Source: Escherichia phage W70. From it: DNA of 64,000 nt. The translations under genes and the position numbers were made by a program. The DNA is taken from the sequence record OP778610. One strand, written 5' to 3'. Below, one piece after another: positions 63,901-64,000 of the stretch; positions within the stretch are counted from its first letter, which is position 1; each line of letters opens with the position of its first letter. The notes beneath the pieces were generated by a model that did no database searches, was not told the origin of the DNA, and saw only the letters and a program-made list of their open reading frames with translations.

Positions 63901-64000
63901 TGTTGACAAGGTCAGTGCTTTTATGCATTGGCCTTTATTTTTTATCCTTTTTATGGTAATATACCTTTTATCGGTTCAAGTCAAGAACTAAAGGAGAATT

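Overview
This window reads as a segment of a lytic, T4-superfamily-like dsDNA phage of an enterobacterial host (about 40% GC, no integrase or repressor seen). Layout: (i) 1-7.5 kb, a plus-strand block of about 20 small early-type genes, most preceded by a sigma70-like promoter plus a conserved stem-loop; (ii) 7.5-9.7 kb, a repeat-rich convergent junction holding a free-standing HNH endonuclease; (iii) 9.7-59 kb, a long minus-strand block; (iv) 59.05-59.4 kb, an AT-rich divergent control region with GATC clusters and direct repeats; (v) 59.4-64 kb, plus-strand small genes, a tRNA cluster and a spanin pair. The minus-strand block encodes three tandem RCC1-like beta-propeller paralogues, several paralogous families of small proteins, a tRNA-related cluster (Pol-beta-type nucleotidyltransferase, Pth2-like protein, CCA-adding enzyme), a Dam-like methyltransferase, a ClpP-like protease, nucleotide metabolism genes (NrdAB, NrdDG, NrdC, an atypical ThyX-like protein, dNMP kinase, HAD nucleotidase, MazG-like), PhoH, an M15 endolysin, recombination and repair nucleases, three HNH endonucleases and a T4-type DNA ligase. 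The tRNA cluster has five tRNAs (CAT, Tyr, Gly, Gln, Pro) and two tRNA-like elements. The strongest candidates for an undescribed system are the triplicated RCC1-like genes and the tRNA-related cluster. All calls rest on motif reading and recalled reference sequences; no database search was run.
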